This document shows positions 1 to 11,755 of a stretch of DNA of 64,000 nt, one piece after another. The stretch covers positions 3,782,001 to 3,846,000 of the forward strand of contig JBNJNM010000011.1 in NCBI GenBank assembly GCA_052426225.1, in the 5' to 3' direction. Position numbers and translations under genes: made by a program. Every line of letters starts with the position of its first letter. Within the stretch, counting starts at the first letter, position 1. The DNA comes from Zancudomyces culisetae HAW-14-8 (taxonomy: Eukaryota; Fungi; Kickxellomycota). Below the pieces are notes generated by a model. That model worked only from the letters and a program-made list of their open reading frames with translations, was not told the DNA's origin and did no database searches.

Positions 1-1155
1 GCTTGGTCTTAGCTTCTTGATTGTTATATGGAATACAACAGCAGTTCAAACGCTACTTTGTGTGGTTTTGACTTTTTATGTATTGTCCTACATTTAAAAC
101 CGCACTCAGTTTACTTTTCGTTCTTGTGGGCTATGTGCGCTAGCAATTAAATGTTGGTTTTTATTAAAATTCACAATTGTGTATAATACTTAGAATAAAT
201 AAAATAGCAATTTTGCGACCTTCTGCTGATTGTGAGGTTTTTTAATGTCGAAATATGTTCTCATCATTAGTCATTTACGTGAATCTAAAAGTAGTGGTAA
301 AAATTAGCCCAACTCTACTATAAAAGCAGTCATTTAAACTATCAATCTTAAATATATACTTGTATACTTGTGTTCTAGGGGCATCACGTGCGATTAAAAA
401 AACAGAGCATAACCATGGATCTCAAAATGCTAGGAGAGTCCCCTCTTTCAACAAAGTTAAACATAAAATAGCTGAAAATGGTAAAGGGTACGTTATTAAG
501 GGTGTTATCCACGCGAAATATGCTTCTATGGTCAAACAGCTAACTGTTAATAGGTACAATTGATGGCAAACCAAGTCGTTTATTCAAAGCACAAAAAAAC
601 AAAAGCAGAAACAAAAAGACAAAAAACATAATAAGCCCCAACTTTGGCTATAACCCCAATGCAGCCTTTTGGATTCGATCTTTTTTTGTTATAATTTGTC
701 TTGTGTGTCCAACGACTATCAATGTTAATTTTCATAAAGGTTTAATGTCTAGTCACTTTATTTAAGTATAAATCATACCTTAAAGCTCTTCAAACCACAA
801 AAGAAATAAGATTATGAGGGAGGAACACAAATAACAAAACTAGCTAAGGTCCTGTACTACATGCTTGCTCGTTTATTAGGGATCAAATATAATCAGACAC
901 TTCCACTCCACATACATTTTTGACTCCCACAACTTCTGGTAAGGTCTGATGTAGAATATCCGTAGCAATCCAATAAGTTTAATATATAGCTAGTCTTACA
1001 TTCAAAGATAGATAAAAATGTTGTTTTGGATAAAGACATAAATTTACTTTACAGATGATTGGCGTGGGTATTACATCACATGCATTACTTTTGGTCTTAA
1101 AGATATAAGAGAAAGGAAAGGGAAAAGAGTAGCACTTAAAAGCGAGTGTATATGA

Positions 1156-3899
1156 CTATCTGGGGTGCATATGATCATTAAAATACATCTCATGCATGTC
1201 GACGGTGTTGTTTATGGGTGTACACTGGACTTGCTGTTTTACTTGTTGTTGTATTGGCGAGGTTAGAACAGAAAAGTCATTATGAGCATTTGTACCAGCA
1301 ACAAACGAGGAGGTGCGTGTTTTATGAGTGTTATCAATAGTTGTGGCTTCGAGTGAGCTGCCACGCCCATCTCGGTTACTACCACCACCAGCATTTGGTG
1401 TTACAAAAGGCATAGATGGTCGGCTATTTTGCGAACTATTGGCAAGTCGTTGCAACCTTGTAATAAAAGGTGTATTTGAATAACCAATATTAGTAGATGG
1501 TGATACACCAGCACCTGGCGTGTCATTTGAGAAAACACCATTTGTATTGATTAGTTGGCGAAGCTGCAGAGCGGAGGTGACATTAAAAAAATCCTGTGTG
1601 CCACTTCCTCTAGAGGAAGGCGGATTCGAACTATATCTACGAGAATTAGTTTTATTTCTTGTGCGCATTCTGTCAGTGCTTCTTCCAGCACTCCTAGAAT
1701 AGTGTGCCATTTTCGATACAGTGTTTGCCTCAGAGTTTCTAGAGGCATCCCGTCGAACCGAACTCATGGCCGAGTTGTAGTTTTTAGTAACAGGCGTTTT
1801 GGAGTGTGACTTCATCAGCTCATCATCAGGCTCTTCAGCTCGCTGGCTGACATGATGTGGTGTTTCCATATGAACCATCTGATCATCTGACGTTTGCACA
1901 CCATCCAGTGCGACAGTAGCATTAAGTGAGCTGGTATTTTGGGACAGTACAGTACTTGTATCTTCTGAGAATTTTTTTATTCTTTCTAGTCCATCCTGAG
2001 ATCTCTTGTAATATGGATTAAGCGCTAGAGACTTATTGTACTCTTGAATCGCACACTCAAAATCGTCGCATAAAGTGTAAACATCACCAAGCTTTGAGTG
2101 TACAGCGTCACAGGAATTATATCCTACACTTCCCTTCATTAGATCTATCGCCTCGGTGTACATTTCACGGCTAACGTATATAGAAAACAACGCAAACTCC
2201 GCTTCGATATTTCCACCGGGCTCCATATCCATCACTCTTTTTAATAGCGCTACGCTACTCTCAAAACACTCTGAACTATGTGAAAGTACTATTGCCATCG
2301 CCGTCAACGCAATTCCTGAGTTTTTTGTTTTAAACGCCAGCTGTTTTGCCAAGAGTAGGGCATACTGAAATTCAGAATTTAAGATGAGTGTTTCTATTAG
2401 TACCAAGAATGTTCGTGAGCTTGCATCCTTTCTGTGCGCAAGTAGTGCATATTCCTTGGCCTTTAAGTAGTTGCCATTTTCGATCTCAACCTTACTAAGA
2501 AGTAAGTACGGTTCGCTCCTGTCAGAATCTAACGCATGTGCTTTTTGGGCATACCCGACGACGTTGTCCCAATCATTCTTTAACAAATACATACGCGCCC
2601 TCGCAACATGGTGCTCGTAGGTATTATTCCCATTAAGCGCCAACTTGCTGTTAACTTCTTCAAGTTCTCCAACTTTTCCGAGAAGCTGTAGGGCATGTAC
2701 GTATTTGTCTAGACAGCTGTTACCATACTCATTTTCAACGAGGATCCTGGAATAATAACTCAACGAGTCGTTTAGTTTTCCCAGCATAAACATACTATTT
2801 CCTAGTAGCTCCATTATATGGCATACATCAACGCCCAAACTACATGCTAGCTTTTCTATGGTTCCGGTATAATTCATATTCTTGTACTCTACCAGTGCTT
2901 CAAAATATGTGCTTAGATTTTCATCAAGCGCGCATAAGGACACCCTGGTTGGTTCTCTATTATAAAGTCCTTTTGCAGGCTTGTTCTCTAAGTACCCCAG
3001 TACCTTTATTTCTTCCATCCTTTCTGCTATTTCCATTACGTATGGATATCGGCTGAGTATTTCCAAATTCCAGTATTTTTCTTCGTCCAGGTATTCAATT
3101 TTCCTATAAAAAAGGCTTAGCTGCATTAAATCCTTCAAGCCAATAGATCTTGCGACACTTTTAACATCTGAGCAACCTCTAGCATAACATATACTCTTGT
3201 GGATCTAAATGATAATACACATACACCATTTAACTATTAAAATATAAATAACATGGCATTCACATTTAATTATATCTACTCCAGCATTTTCAGCTCGCCC
3301 AAAACAAACTACAACTCTCATGTGCTTACCATTCGCAAAGCCTTTTTGTAGTCACCAACTTTCACAGATGCTTTTATACCCAATTTTATAGCTTTTTCGA
3401 ATAAGATAGTCCTTCTATGTTCTGGATATTCCAAAGATCCAATGCTGTCGATTAGACTCTCGATGATTTTCTATAGTATGAAAAAGTGTACATTATTAAC
3501 TAGAGCTAGCAACCAATGTGTTTAAAAATCTATAATAAATTCCTTTATGGAAATGGATATATTTTAAAATTTCATTCTCAATATTACTATACCTGTGACT
3601 TCACATACTGCTTGTTCTTATATAAACATTTCGCATATGTATATCTAAAGTTGTCCTTTTCCTCATCATCCTTAAGTTTTGAATTTAAAGCAAATTCTAG
3701 CTATAAATATCATGAAATTTGAATTTAACTCATTTTCTTGTTATAAGACTCTAGCATTATGCTATGCTCTTACCATCAAAAGCGCTGTCTTTGTACATTT
3801 TCCATCGATCAAACTGTTAATAACTTCTAGCTGTGACTGACTACTGACAGCGCTATATTTTAGAGTTTCGTCGACATCCATCTCTGCTAATGGCATCAT
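1156..3899 (-). CDS. APC7: Anaphase-promoting complex subunit 7-like TPR protein, 4 exons (3899-3774, 3700-3593, 3470-3330, 3204-1156), ~807 aa
   Basis: GT-AG introns join the exons in frame with ORF 1156..3138. TPR-like helical repeats. The segment DAVHSKLGDVYTLCDDFECAIQEYNKSLALNPYYKRSQDGLERIKK resembles the last TPR of animal APC7 as I recall it, and YTYAKCLYKNKQY resembles the APC7 N-terminal TPR. Long disordered C-terminal tail. Confidence 0.75.
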
Positions 3900-5100
3900 G
3901 TTTTTAACTAGACTTTTATAACCCTGAAATAGCTTGGAATTTTGGTTTATCTTGATAATAAATAATAAATCGGGAATTGAGAAAGTGTCAATTTAAATTA
4001 TTGTGAGGATCACGCCTTTTGTGAGAATTGAGGTTGTAGATGTCGCTGATATATTTCTACTATGCTTTATTACTATATTCTTGTCGTCGCTGTGCTGATT
4101 TTCATTATGTTCTATTCTAACGATTTGCCTATTAGCCACAGTTATTTAACCCAAATGCTGTTCCAGAACTTTTTTAGATTGTTTGAAGGAAAGTATTTGC
4201 GCTTGATAGGTTCAATTCAATATCGAAAACAAACACAGCCAATGGCTAAATTATTTTTATGTTTATTTTAAATTGATATGTTATCTGGAATTTTCCGAAA
4301 AAATGTGTGTGTGTGCAAATACGCTATATTCAAATCCTACAAAAAAGGCAAAATGATATCCAACTAGACACAAAGGTAAAGATATATATATCAACTTTTG
4401 AGGTGGGTTTTATCAAACATCAATACTCCAAAAATACCTACGCAGGTCCGTGCTTTTAATGGCTTTTGCTGGGCCATCTTTATATGGTAACTGTTTAACG
4501 TACACAAATTTTACACCCTGGCGCCAAAACACGCTTTTTCACACTTGTTCCATCTTGATCAAGGCTAAAACATGCAATTTCAGCCACCTATCGGCATATC
4601 GGCCTGGTTGTTGTTTATGGCTATTAAATAGCCGGTATATGCAACTATAGGATTTACTTTTATGTTTAACATCATGAATTTGTGTACTAACAGTGTAACA
4701 TTGGTGTAAATATTTTTCTATGTTTGCATATGGATAAGTTGGTCATTTCTTTTTTTGGGGAAGATAAAAATGAGTCTGCTACATCATTTATTTTGAAACC
4801 AGAAGAATGGTGAATATGTAATCCGATATTTTGTTTCTTATCTATATTAGGAAGAGCTGATTTTTGCTAGTTCATCTTTACTATTTGTAATATTGTGTTC
4901 TCAATTATTGATACCAGGGGTAAAACCGATAATTATTTTATCCCGAATGGCTAGTTTACCCAGCGGCACTTGAATCTTTTGTTTTTTTTTCAACTTCTTT
5001 ATTAACAAACACATCTATATAAGCGCAAATATAATCATATAATTCTAACGTGCTGACATATATTCCATTTTGGACCATCAAAAGGACAATATTTTCGAAA

Positions 5101-7053
5101 ATGAGTTTTAGAATTCTCAAATTATCCGCACAGACCAGCGGCAGACTACTAAGCCGCAGACGTTTAGCCAATTACAACATCTTTTTTCAGAGACAAAAGT
5201 CAACTTCAGCTGATACATCTAGCCAGTCAACTGTCAACAATGGCCCACTTTCCGGTATTCGGGTGCTAGATCTTACAAGGGTGTTAGGTATATAACCTCA
5301 TTTGAAATTTTCGTTTTCCTTGACTTTATTGGCAAACAAATTCTAACAAGCATACTTCATATATTGTCTAAAAATAGCTGGGCCTTATTGTACAATGGCT
5401 CTGGGGGATTTAGGGTAAACTCTTAAAAAAATATTATCTATTCCCACACAATACTGCTAGCTTAGACATGCATATATTCAAATAACGCTAGTCGAGAGTA
5501 TACACACGTACGTGTAATATATAATCACTTTAACAACTGGATTATATGAAATGTCTAGTGCTGAGGTAATAAAGATAGAGCATCCAACCCAAGGCGATGA
5601 TACTAGGAGCTGGGGCCCGCCTTTTTCAGAGTACACAAAAGACATCAGCTGTGCAGCCAACCCCAACAATAAATTGAAGGCACACAGTCAAAAAGGGGAA
5701 AGTGCCTACTTTCTATGTGTTAACAGAAACAAAAAATCAGTAACAATAAACATCAAGGAAAAGCAAGGCCAGGAGCTTATAAAAGAGCTTGCAAAGTCTT
5801 GTGATGTTTTTATTGAGAATTACATTCCAGGAAAGTTGAGTGAAATGGGACTCGGGTATGAAGATATCAGAAAAGTGAATGATAGGATTATTTATACATC
5901 AATCACAGGTAAGGGTTTATTAACAATACCAAAGGTGTTGCTTTTGCGAATACAATTTATTTTGCTTCTGAAAAGACCGTATGCCCAATTAAAATAAAAC
6001 ATATAAATATTGTAAAAATATTTACCTGGCTATATATAGGGTATGGACAAACAGGCCCATATGCCAAACATCCGGGCTATGACGTTATGATTGAGGCAGA
6101 AGCTGGTCTCATGTATATAACGGGAGAAAAGCATGGCCCACCAGTAAAAGTGGGTGTCGCTATTACAGGTAAGTTTTATACTTTTTATATATATACCCAT
6201 GTTTTGCGTGTTATCCAAAGTTAGCATGTATAATTTTTGTAACCATTCTTCATTTTTGGTCTGGTTAAGGCATTGGAAAGAAAAAATCTTTATGTATAAA
6301 TAAGTATATCATTGCATATCTGTATATATGGAATTTATATAAATAGATATTTCAACGGGATTATACTCACACGGAGCTATTATGGCAGCCTTATTGTCTA
6401 GGCACAAAACAAACAAGGGCCAGCACTTAGATATTTCTTTGCTTGGAGCACAGGTATCAGCCCTTGCAAACATCGCATCAAACTACTTAATAGGAGGAAA
6501 AGAAGCGAGTAGATGGGGTGCTGAGCATGCTTCTATTGTTCCATATCGCACATATGAAACGAAAACCCTTCCTATCTGTATTGGAGGAGGTAATGATAAC
6601 CAGTTCAAGAGCATTGCGAAATCTTTAGGACTTGCCAAACTCATAGAGGACCCGAAATACAAGACCAATGCCGATCGTGTAAAAAACCGTGATGAACTAG
6701 ACAAGATAATTCAGGATAAGCTCTTAGAAATGACTCGGGATGAAATACTAGAAAAAATGAGCAATAAAGGATTTCCAATAACACCCGTAAACAACATACA
6801 GCAAACATTCGAACACCCACAAGTGACGCACATGGGTCTTGTCAGGGAAATTGAGCACCCAGGCCTCGGGAAAATAAAAGTGGTTGGTCCCCCTGTACAG
6901 TACTCTGATACAAAGGCAACAGTGTACTCACCACCTCCAATGTTGGGCCAACATACCTATGAAGTTCTTAACAATATCCTTGGTCTTCCCGACGAAAGAA
7001 TCCAAGAATTATGCAAAAATGGAACTATATCGACTTTTGACTATGGTTTGTAA
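5101..7053 (+). CDS. CoA-transferase family III (CaiB/BaiF; SUGCT-like), probably mitochondrial; 5 exons (5101-5287, 5378-5414, 5559-5908, 6040-6168, 6347-7053), ~469 aa
   Basis: Motifs [70 protein letters not shown] (catalytic Asp region) and PPMLGQHT. Arg/Ser-rich N-terminus resembles a presequence. All introns GT-AG and frame-consistent. Confidence 0.93.
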
Positions 7054-7696
7054 GGGTTTCGCCACCTCGTTGATGCCAGATTATATGATCTGAAGGAAAG
7101 CTTGTATTAACATAATAGTAGTTATATCTCTGTTTTTTATATAGTTTTCTTGCATGGTGGTGATATTGCCTTTATTTTACAGCTGAGCTTTTGTGTAGCT
7201 TATAAAAACGAAATTATCAAGTGGTATAATGCTTGAAATTAAATAAATGGTAATAAAAAAGTATGTATGTGCAAATAAACTAAACTTTAAAAAACATGAT
7301 GGCTATTTTTCAAGTAAACAAGAATATGAAAAGGTGTCCACGGTTAGTAGTAGTTATATGAGATTTGTCAATCTATTCTGGACCACCAACAAATTTTACT
7401 AACGTCATCTTCTATTTCTGCTTTTTTTGTCTGAGTATTTTTTTTCTTTGCTACATCTATCATCCAGAACATATCCTTTTTCTTTCCTTGTTTATTAAAA
7501 ATTTGAAACCGTGGAAGTGAGGGATACCTATCAAGATATAATCAAGATCACTGCTATATCCATAAAGAATAAGACCAGTGTTTTCTCTTATTTTGGTAGT
7601 TCCAAGGAACGCAACAAGTTTCGTATGTGCATTACACAAAGGTTTGTACATACCCTTTGTGAGATAAAGGAATTAATGTTTTTCATTTAACTTTGT

Positions 7697-10600
7697 TCAA
7701 AACACCAAGTTGTTAAAGATTATTGATTTCGAAACATCATTTCTGTCTCTACATAAAATGTAATTATTTCCTTGCACACATTTTCTGGACCCTGGACATT
7801 TATAGATCAGTCTTCCGTTATTGTTTCCGCATAGGGCAAATAGATTCCCATTGCCTATGTTGTTTATACATGAATATTGGCCTGCTATACAAGCAGAGCT
7901 CCGTGAGTCCCCGGGTATTGTAAGATCCGCCGATAATTGGCTCAGGGCACTTAACTTTTGTGTAATATTGTCTGTATCTCCAGGAACCCCAAAATTATTT
8001 GCATAAGATCCACCTAAAGAGGACCCCATATTGTTGTAAGCGGAAGGGCTTTTTGTGGCTGTGCTGGGTATACTGCTTGTATCCTCCTCTTCTATCTCAT
8101 TTCCTACTAGTGACCCAGCCTCTAGGTCGGTAGTTAGGGAATCTGTGCATGTGGATACTGTAGTAACCTCATTTACGGTGGTAACTAGTGTTATCTGGCT
8201 AGCAGTGGCTAACGCAACTGTTTTTCCAGGTTCAACTATTTGCAATGTAGTGCAAGATGTAGATAGTGATGTTGATGGCATGACAGTTATTAATATTGGC
8301 GTATTAGCCACCGTAGAAACTTCATCCTCTGATTCATCAAGCTCAGACTCCTCAATTTCATTTCCAACAATATTTTCCTCTTCTGACTCTATAAGAGTTT
8401 CAGGTATATTTGTAAAGACAGTAGAGGGTGTTTGTACAACAACAGGGGCGGGAGCGGGAGTGGTAAATACAATTTGAGGAGGTGGATTTGTTTCTTGAGC
8501 TTGTACTGTTACTACTGTAGATGCTGGAGGTATAAGCACTGGTGCCTGTCCAGTCTGTACAAAAACCGTCTCTGGTTGAGGTTGAGGTTGAGCTACTACA
8601 GTTTGAATTATTGTGGAGGGTTGTGCCGGTTGCTGCACTACTATTGTCTCCGGTTGAGGTTGAGGTTGAGGCTGAGGCTGAACTACTGTGAAAGGTGGTG
8701 GAGTCTGTTCTACTATTACGACTTGCTGAGTTTGTACAATTACCGGTTCTGGCTCTGGTTCTGGTTGCGGTTGCACTACTTGTGGCGGAGGTTGTTGTTG
8801 TACTATTACGGCTTGCTGAGTTTGTACAATTACCGGTTGTGGTTGCGGTTGCGGTTGCACTATTTGTGGCGGAGGTTGTTGTACTATCACTGCTTGTTGA
8901 GTTTGTATAATTACTGGCTGTGGTTGTGGTTGTGGTTGTGGTTGTGGTTGTGGTTGTGGTTGTGGTTGTGGTTGTGGTTGTGGTTGTGGTTGTGGTTGTG
9001 GTTGTGGTTGTGGTTGTGGTTGTGGTTGTGGTTGTGGTTGTGGTTGTGGTTGTGGTTGTGGTTGTGGTTGTGGTTGCGGTTGCGGTTGCGGTTGCGGTTG
9101 CGGTTGCGGTTGCGGTTGCGGTTGCGGTTGCGGTTGCGGTTGCGGTTGCGGTTGCGGTTGCGGTTGCGGTTGCGGTTGCGGTTGCGGTTGCGGTTGCGGT
9201 TGCGGTTGCGGTTGCGGTTGCGGTTGCGGTTGCGGTTGCGGTTGCGGTTGCGGTTGCGGTTGCGGTTGCGGTTGCGGTTGCGGTTGCGGTTGCGGTTGCG
9301 GTTGCGGTTGCGGTTGAGTTTGTACTATTACGGCTTGCTGAGTTTGTATAATTACCGGCTCTGGTTGTGGTTGTGGTTGTATCACCTGTGGGGAAGGTAT
9401 TGGTGCTGACTGCTGTACTATTATGACTTGCTGCGTTTGCACAATCTCTGGTTCTGGTGGCGGTGGTATTACTATTGGAGAAGGTGGTGGTGGTGGGGGC
9501 TGGGCTGTGCTATAAATAACAGCAGGAAAACTCATAGAGAGAGAAGCAGATGTCATACTGCTCGCTACACTATATGGTGATGGTAGAGGGAGGGGGGGAG
9601 GGGGAGAGGAGGGTGGTGATGGTGATGGTAATGGTGATGGTGATGGTAATGGTGATGGTAATGGTGATGGTAGTGGTGATGGTGATGGTAGTGGTAGTGG
9701 CAGTGGTGATGGTGACGTTGAAAAAACACTTGTACTATAAATTACCGGAGGTAATGTTAAACTGGTTAAAGGAGAAGCTTCGCTAGAAGTAACATTTCCT
9801 GAATTAACTAAAATAACTGTAGATGATGATATTATGGACGATGATGGAATATTGGGTGTTGTATTAATAATCGCTGGTAAAGCTGTCGGAAGAGTACTAT
9901 AGGAGGGTAGTTGCGGTGGAGTCATTGAGTATTTAGAAACAGCTAAGCTTCCCCAGTTTATACTAGAGTATACAGCAGTTGGTAATATAACAGGAGAAAT
10001 AGGTGTGGCACCAACACCCGTGCTGGTACCAGTGTGTGTTTTGCTCATTGATAAAACAGTTAGCAAAAGTATACTTGAACCAAGTGTAACTGAAGAAGGT
10101 ACTTCAGCTATACTAACGTTTTGGTACTTGGAAATTTCAGTTTTAACAGTTAATATACTCTGAAAATCCTCAAAAAACTTTGTGATGTCACATGTTGGTC
10201 CCTGGGAATTTACTGCAGGGGCCGTAACCAAACTGGAGTTGCTACCACCAAATGATGTAGAGGTTGCGTTACTGATATCGCTGCCTAAGGGGTCACACAG
10301 CTCAAATCGGTTGTTGTTGAGGGTTTCGGCAGCATTTACAAAGTTTTCCTTGTTTAAATCATAATCAAAAGGTAAACAGGTAATTTGCTCCATAGAATAT
10401 GCATAACAAAATGTATTCTGTGCACACGAACCAAAAGTTGTTAAGCGGCCATTAGTATCGCAGGTTAAAAAATTTGGTGATAACCCATTGCCATATACAC
10501 AGTAACTTGCGCCTTTTTTACACGTTCCTGTGGGAAGACTAAGAGGTTTTTCGTCGATTTTTAGATAATCTAAAAAGTTGATTACATTTTCCCTGTAGAA

Positions 10601-11755
10601 AAAGTCGATGTTAAATAAAGTATCGTTTAATTTTATATCAAACTTGTACAAGTCAGCAGGGGAGACTATCTGAGAGGTGGAAGGAATTGTAGCAGATAAT
10701 GGCTGTTGCTGCTGCTGCTGCTGTTGTTGTTGTTGTTGTTGTTGGGTTTGGATTTGAGGTTGTTCGCCTACAACAGGAACTAGTTGTTGAGTTGGCGCTG
10801 TGACTTGAGGAGTACTAACTCCCAACACTGGCATATTTGCAGCTTGGCTGGTTAGCACCAATGTTTGAATCGGTTGTGTTACCTGCCCAGGTTGAGGATT
10901 GTTTCCTGTGGGTATCTGGAGCACAGTTTGGACCTGATTATCTAATGCTACATTTTGTGCTACCAACTGGGGTGGAAGATTTGACTGCGCCTGTGCTTGC
11001 ACTTGCGCCTGAACCTGCTGCTGTGGAACCAGATTTATGTTTGGATTGGTATCATCCATATCTGGTGATGCAAAAACTGCAACCACTTGCTGTTGTTGTT
11101 GTTGTTGCGGTGCTTGTTGTTGCTGCTGTGGTTGTTGTAGTTGTAGTTGTGGTTGTGGTTGTTGTAGTTGTGGTTGTGGTTGTTGCTGTTGTGGTTGCTG
11201 TTGTGGTTGTGGTTGTTGCTGCTGTGGTTGTGGTTGTGGTTGCTGTGGGCCTAGCATAACACTCTGAGGAGATTGTGCCACTGCAAGATTTTGAGCTGTA
11301 TTAGCACTTTGTGCATCTATGGGTACTTGCGAAAAGTCATTAACAAGGTTAATAGTTTCAGGTACTAATGGTAATGAAGGATTAGGATTGGAGGATCCCA
11401 TAGAGTTGAGAAATACAGCGCCATCTGGTTGTGACAATTTTTCTTGCTGTTGCTGTTGTTCTTGGGGCTGCTGTTCTCGGGGCTGCTGTTCTTGGGGCTG
11501 CTGTTCTTGGGGCTGCTGTTCTTGGGGCTCCTGTTCTTGTGGTTTATCTTGCAATTGTCGCTTTTTAACTATGAGTATATCACCTAGGTTTTCTCTGTTA
11601 CCAAAGATTGAGTCTAGGTTGCTTCCTACATACCCATTGGCACTATTCTGTATACAAAATGTGTTGCTATCGCTCCCCAGTGTGTTTGCCGTGGATACAT
11701 GGTAAAATACAATAAAGGTTAATAGTATGCAGCTTTTTGCATATACAATCATCAT
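7697..11755 (-). CDS. Secreted 1352-aa Pro/Gln/Ser/Thr-rich protein with two Cys-rich CBM19-like (chitin-binding) modules and a (PQ)66 tract; putative wall or adhesin protein
   Basis: Single long ORF. Hydrophobic N-terminal signal peptide and KKR (Kex2-like) site at aa 64-66. Cys modules CKKGASYC..FLTC..GSC..TFC and CIAGQYSC..FALC..YKC..RKC. Low-complexity PQ, PS and poly-Q regions. Confidence 0.85.
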   Translation of the reverse strand: MMIVYAKSCILLTFIVFYHVSTANTLGSDSNTFCIQNSANGYVGSNLDSIFGNRENLGDILIVKKRQLQDKPQEQEPQEQQPQEQQPQEQQPREQQPQEQQQQQEKLSQPDGAVFLNSMGSSNPNPSLPLVPETINLVNDFSQVPIDAQSANTAQNLAVAQSPQSVMLGPQQPQPQPQQQQPQPQQQPQQQQPQPQLQQPQPQLQLQQPQQQQQAPQQQQQQQVVAVFASPDMDDTNPNINLVPQQQVQAQVQAQAQSNLPPQLVAQNVALDNQVQTVLQIPTGNNPQPGQVTQPIQTLVLTSQAANMPVLGVSTPQVTAPTQQLVPVVGEQPQIQTQQQQQQQQQQQQQQPLSATIPSTSQIVSPADLYKFDIKLNDTLFNIDFFYRENVINFLDYLKIDEKPLSLPTGTCKKGASYCVYGNGLSPNFLTCDTNGRLTTFGSCAQNTFCYAYSMEQITCLPFDYDLNKENFVNAAETLNNNRFELCDPLGSDISNATSTSFGGSNSSLVTAPAVNSQGPTCDITKFFEDFQSILTVKTEISKYQNVSIAEVPSSVTLGSSILLLTVLSMSKTHTGTSTGVGATPISPVILPTAVYSSINWGSLAVSKYSMTPPQLPSYSTLPTALPAIINTTPNIPSSSIISSSTVILVNSGNVTSSEASPLTSLTLPPVIYSTSVFSTSPSPLPLPLPSPSPLPSPLPSPLPSPSPLPSPSPPSSPPPPLPLPSPYSVASSMTSASLSMSFPAVIYSTAQPPPPPPSPIVIPPPPEPEIVQTQQVIIVQQSAPIPSPQVIQPQPQPEPVIIQTQQAVIVQTQPQPQPQPQPQPQPQPQPQPQPQPQPQPQPQPQPQPQPQPQPQPQPQPQPQPQPQPQPQPQPQPQPQPQPQPQPQPQPQPQPQPQPQPQPQPQPQPQPQPQPQPQPQPQPQPQPQPQPQPQPQPQPQPQPQPQPVIIQTQQAVIVQQPPPQIVQPQPQPQPVIVQTQQAVIVQQQPPPQVVQPQPEPEPEPVIVQTQQVVIVEQTPPPFTVVQPQPQPQPQPETIVVQQPAQPSTIIQTVVAQPQPQPETVFVQTGQAPVLIPPASTVVTVQAQETNPPPQIVFTTPAPAPVVVQTPSTVFTNIPETLIESEEENIVGNEIEESELDESEDEVSTVANTPILITVMPSTSLSTSCTTLQIVEPGKTVALATASQITLVTTVNEVTTVSTCTDSLTTDLEAGSLVGNEIEEEDTSSIPSTATKSPSAYNNMGSSLGGSYANNFGVPGDTDNITQKLSALSQLSADLTIPGDSRSSACIAGQYSCINNIGNGNLFALCGNNNGRLIYKCPGSRKCVQGNNYILCRDRNDVSKSIIFNNLVF
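8921..9316. repeat. Perfect coding hexanucleotide tandem repeat: (TGGTTG)26 followed by (CGGTTG)40, encoding (QP)66 on the minus strand
   Basis: Counted directly: 8921-9076 is TGGTTG x26 and 9077-9316 is CGGTTG x40. Confidence 0.97.
11455..11540. repeat. 15-bp tandem repeat (CTGTTCTTGGGGCTG-like) encoding PQEQQ units
   Basis: About 5-6 near-identical copies, translating to PQEQEPQEQQPQEQQPQEQQPREQQPQEQQ. Confidence 0.9.

Noticed and set aside
4519-4529. E2F-like site (TTTTGGCGCCA on the minus strand) upstream of APC7
   Set aside because: A single short motif about 620 bp from the ATG. A similar string occurs at ~52171, downstream of Rab7, so it is not distinguishable from chance.
8432-9409. 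Plus-strand ORFs encoding poly-LW/LR and poly-V/VA (also the poly-Cys/Val ORFs at 10837-11705)
   Set aside because: They are antisense shadows of the PQ and poly-Q repeats, which are stop-free in several frames.
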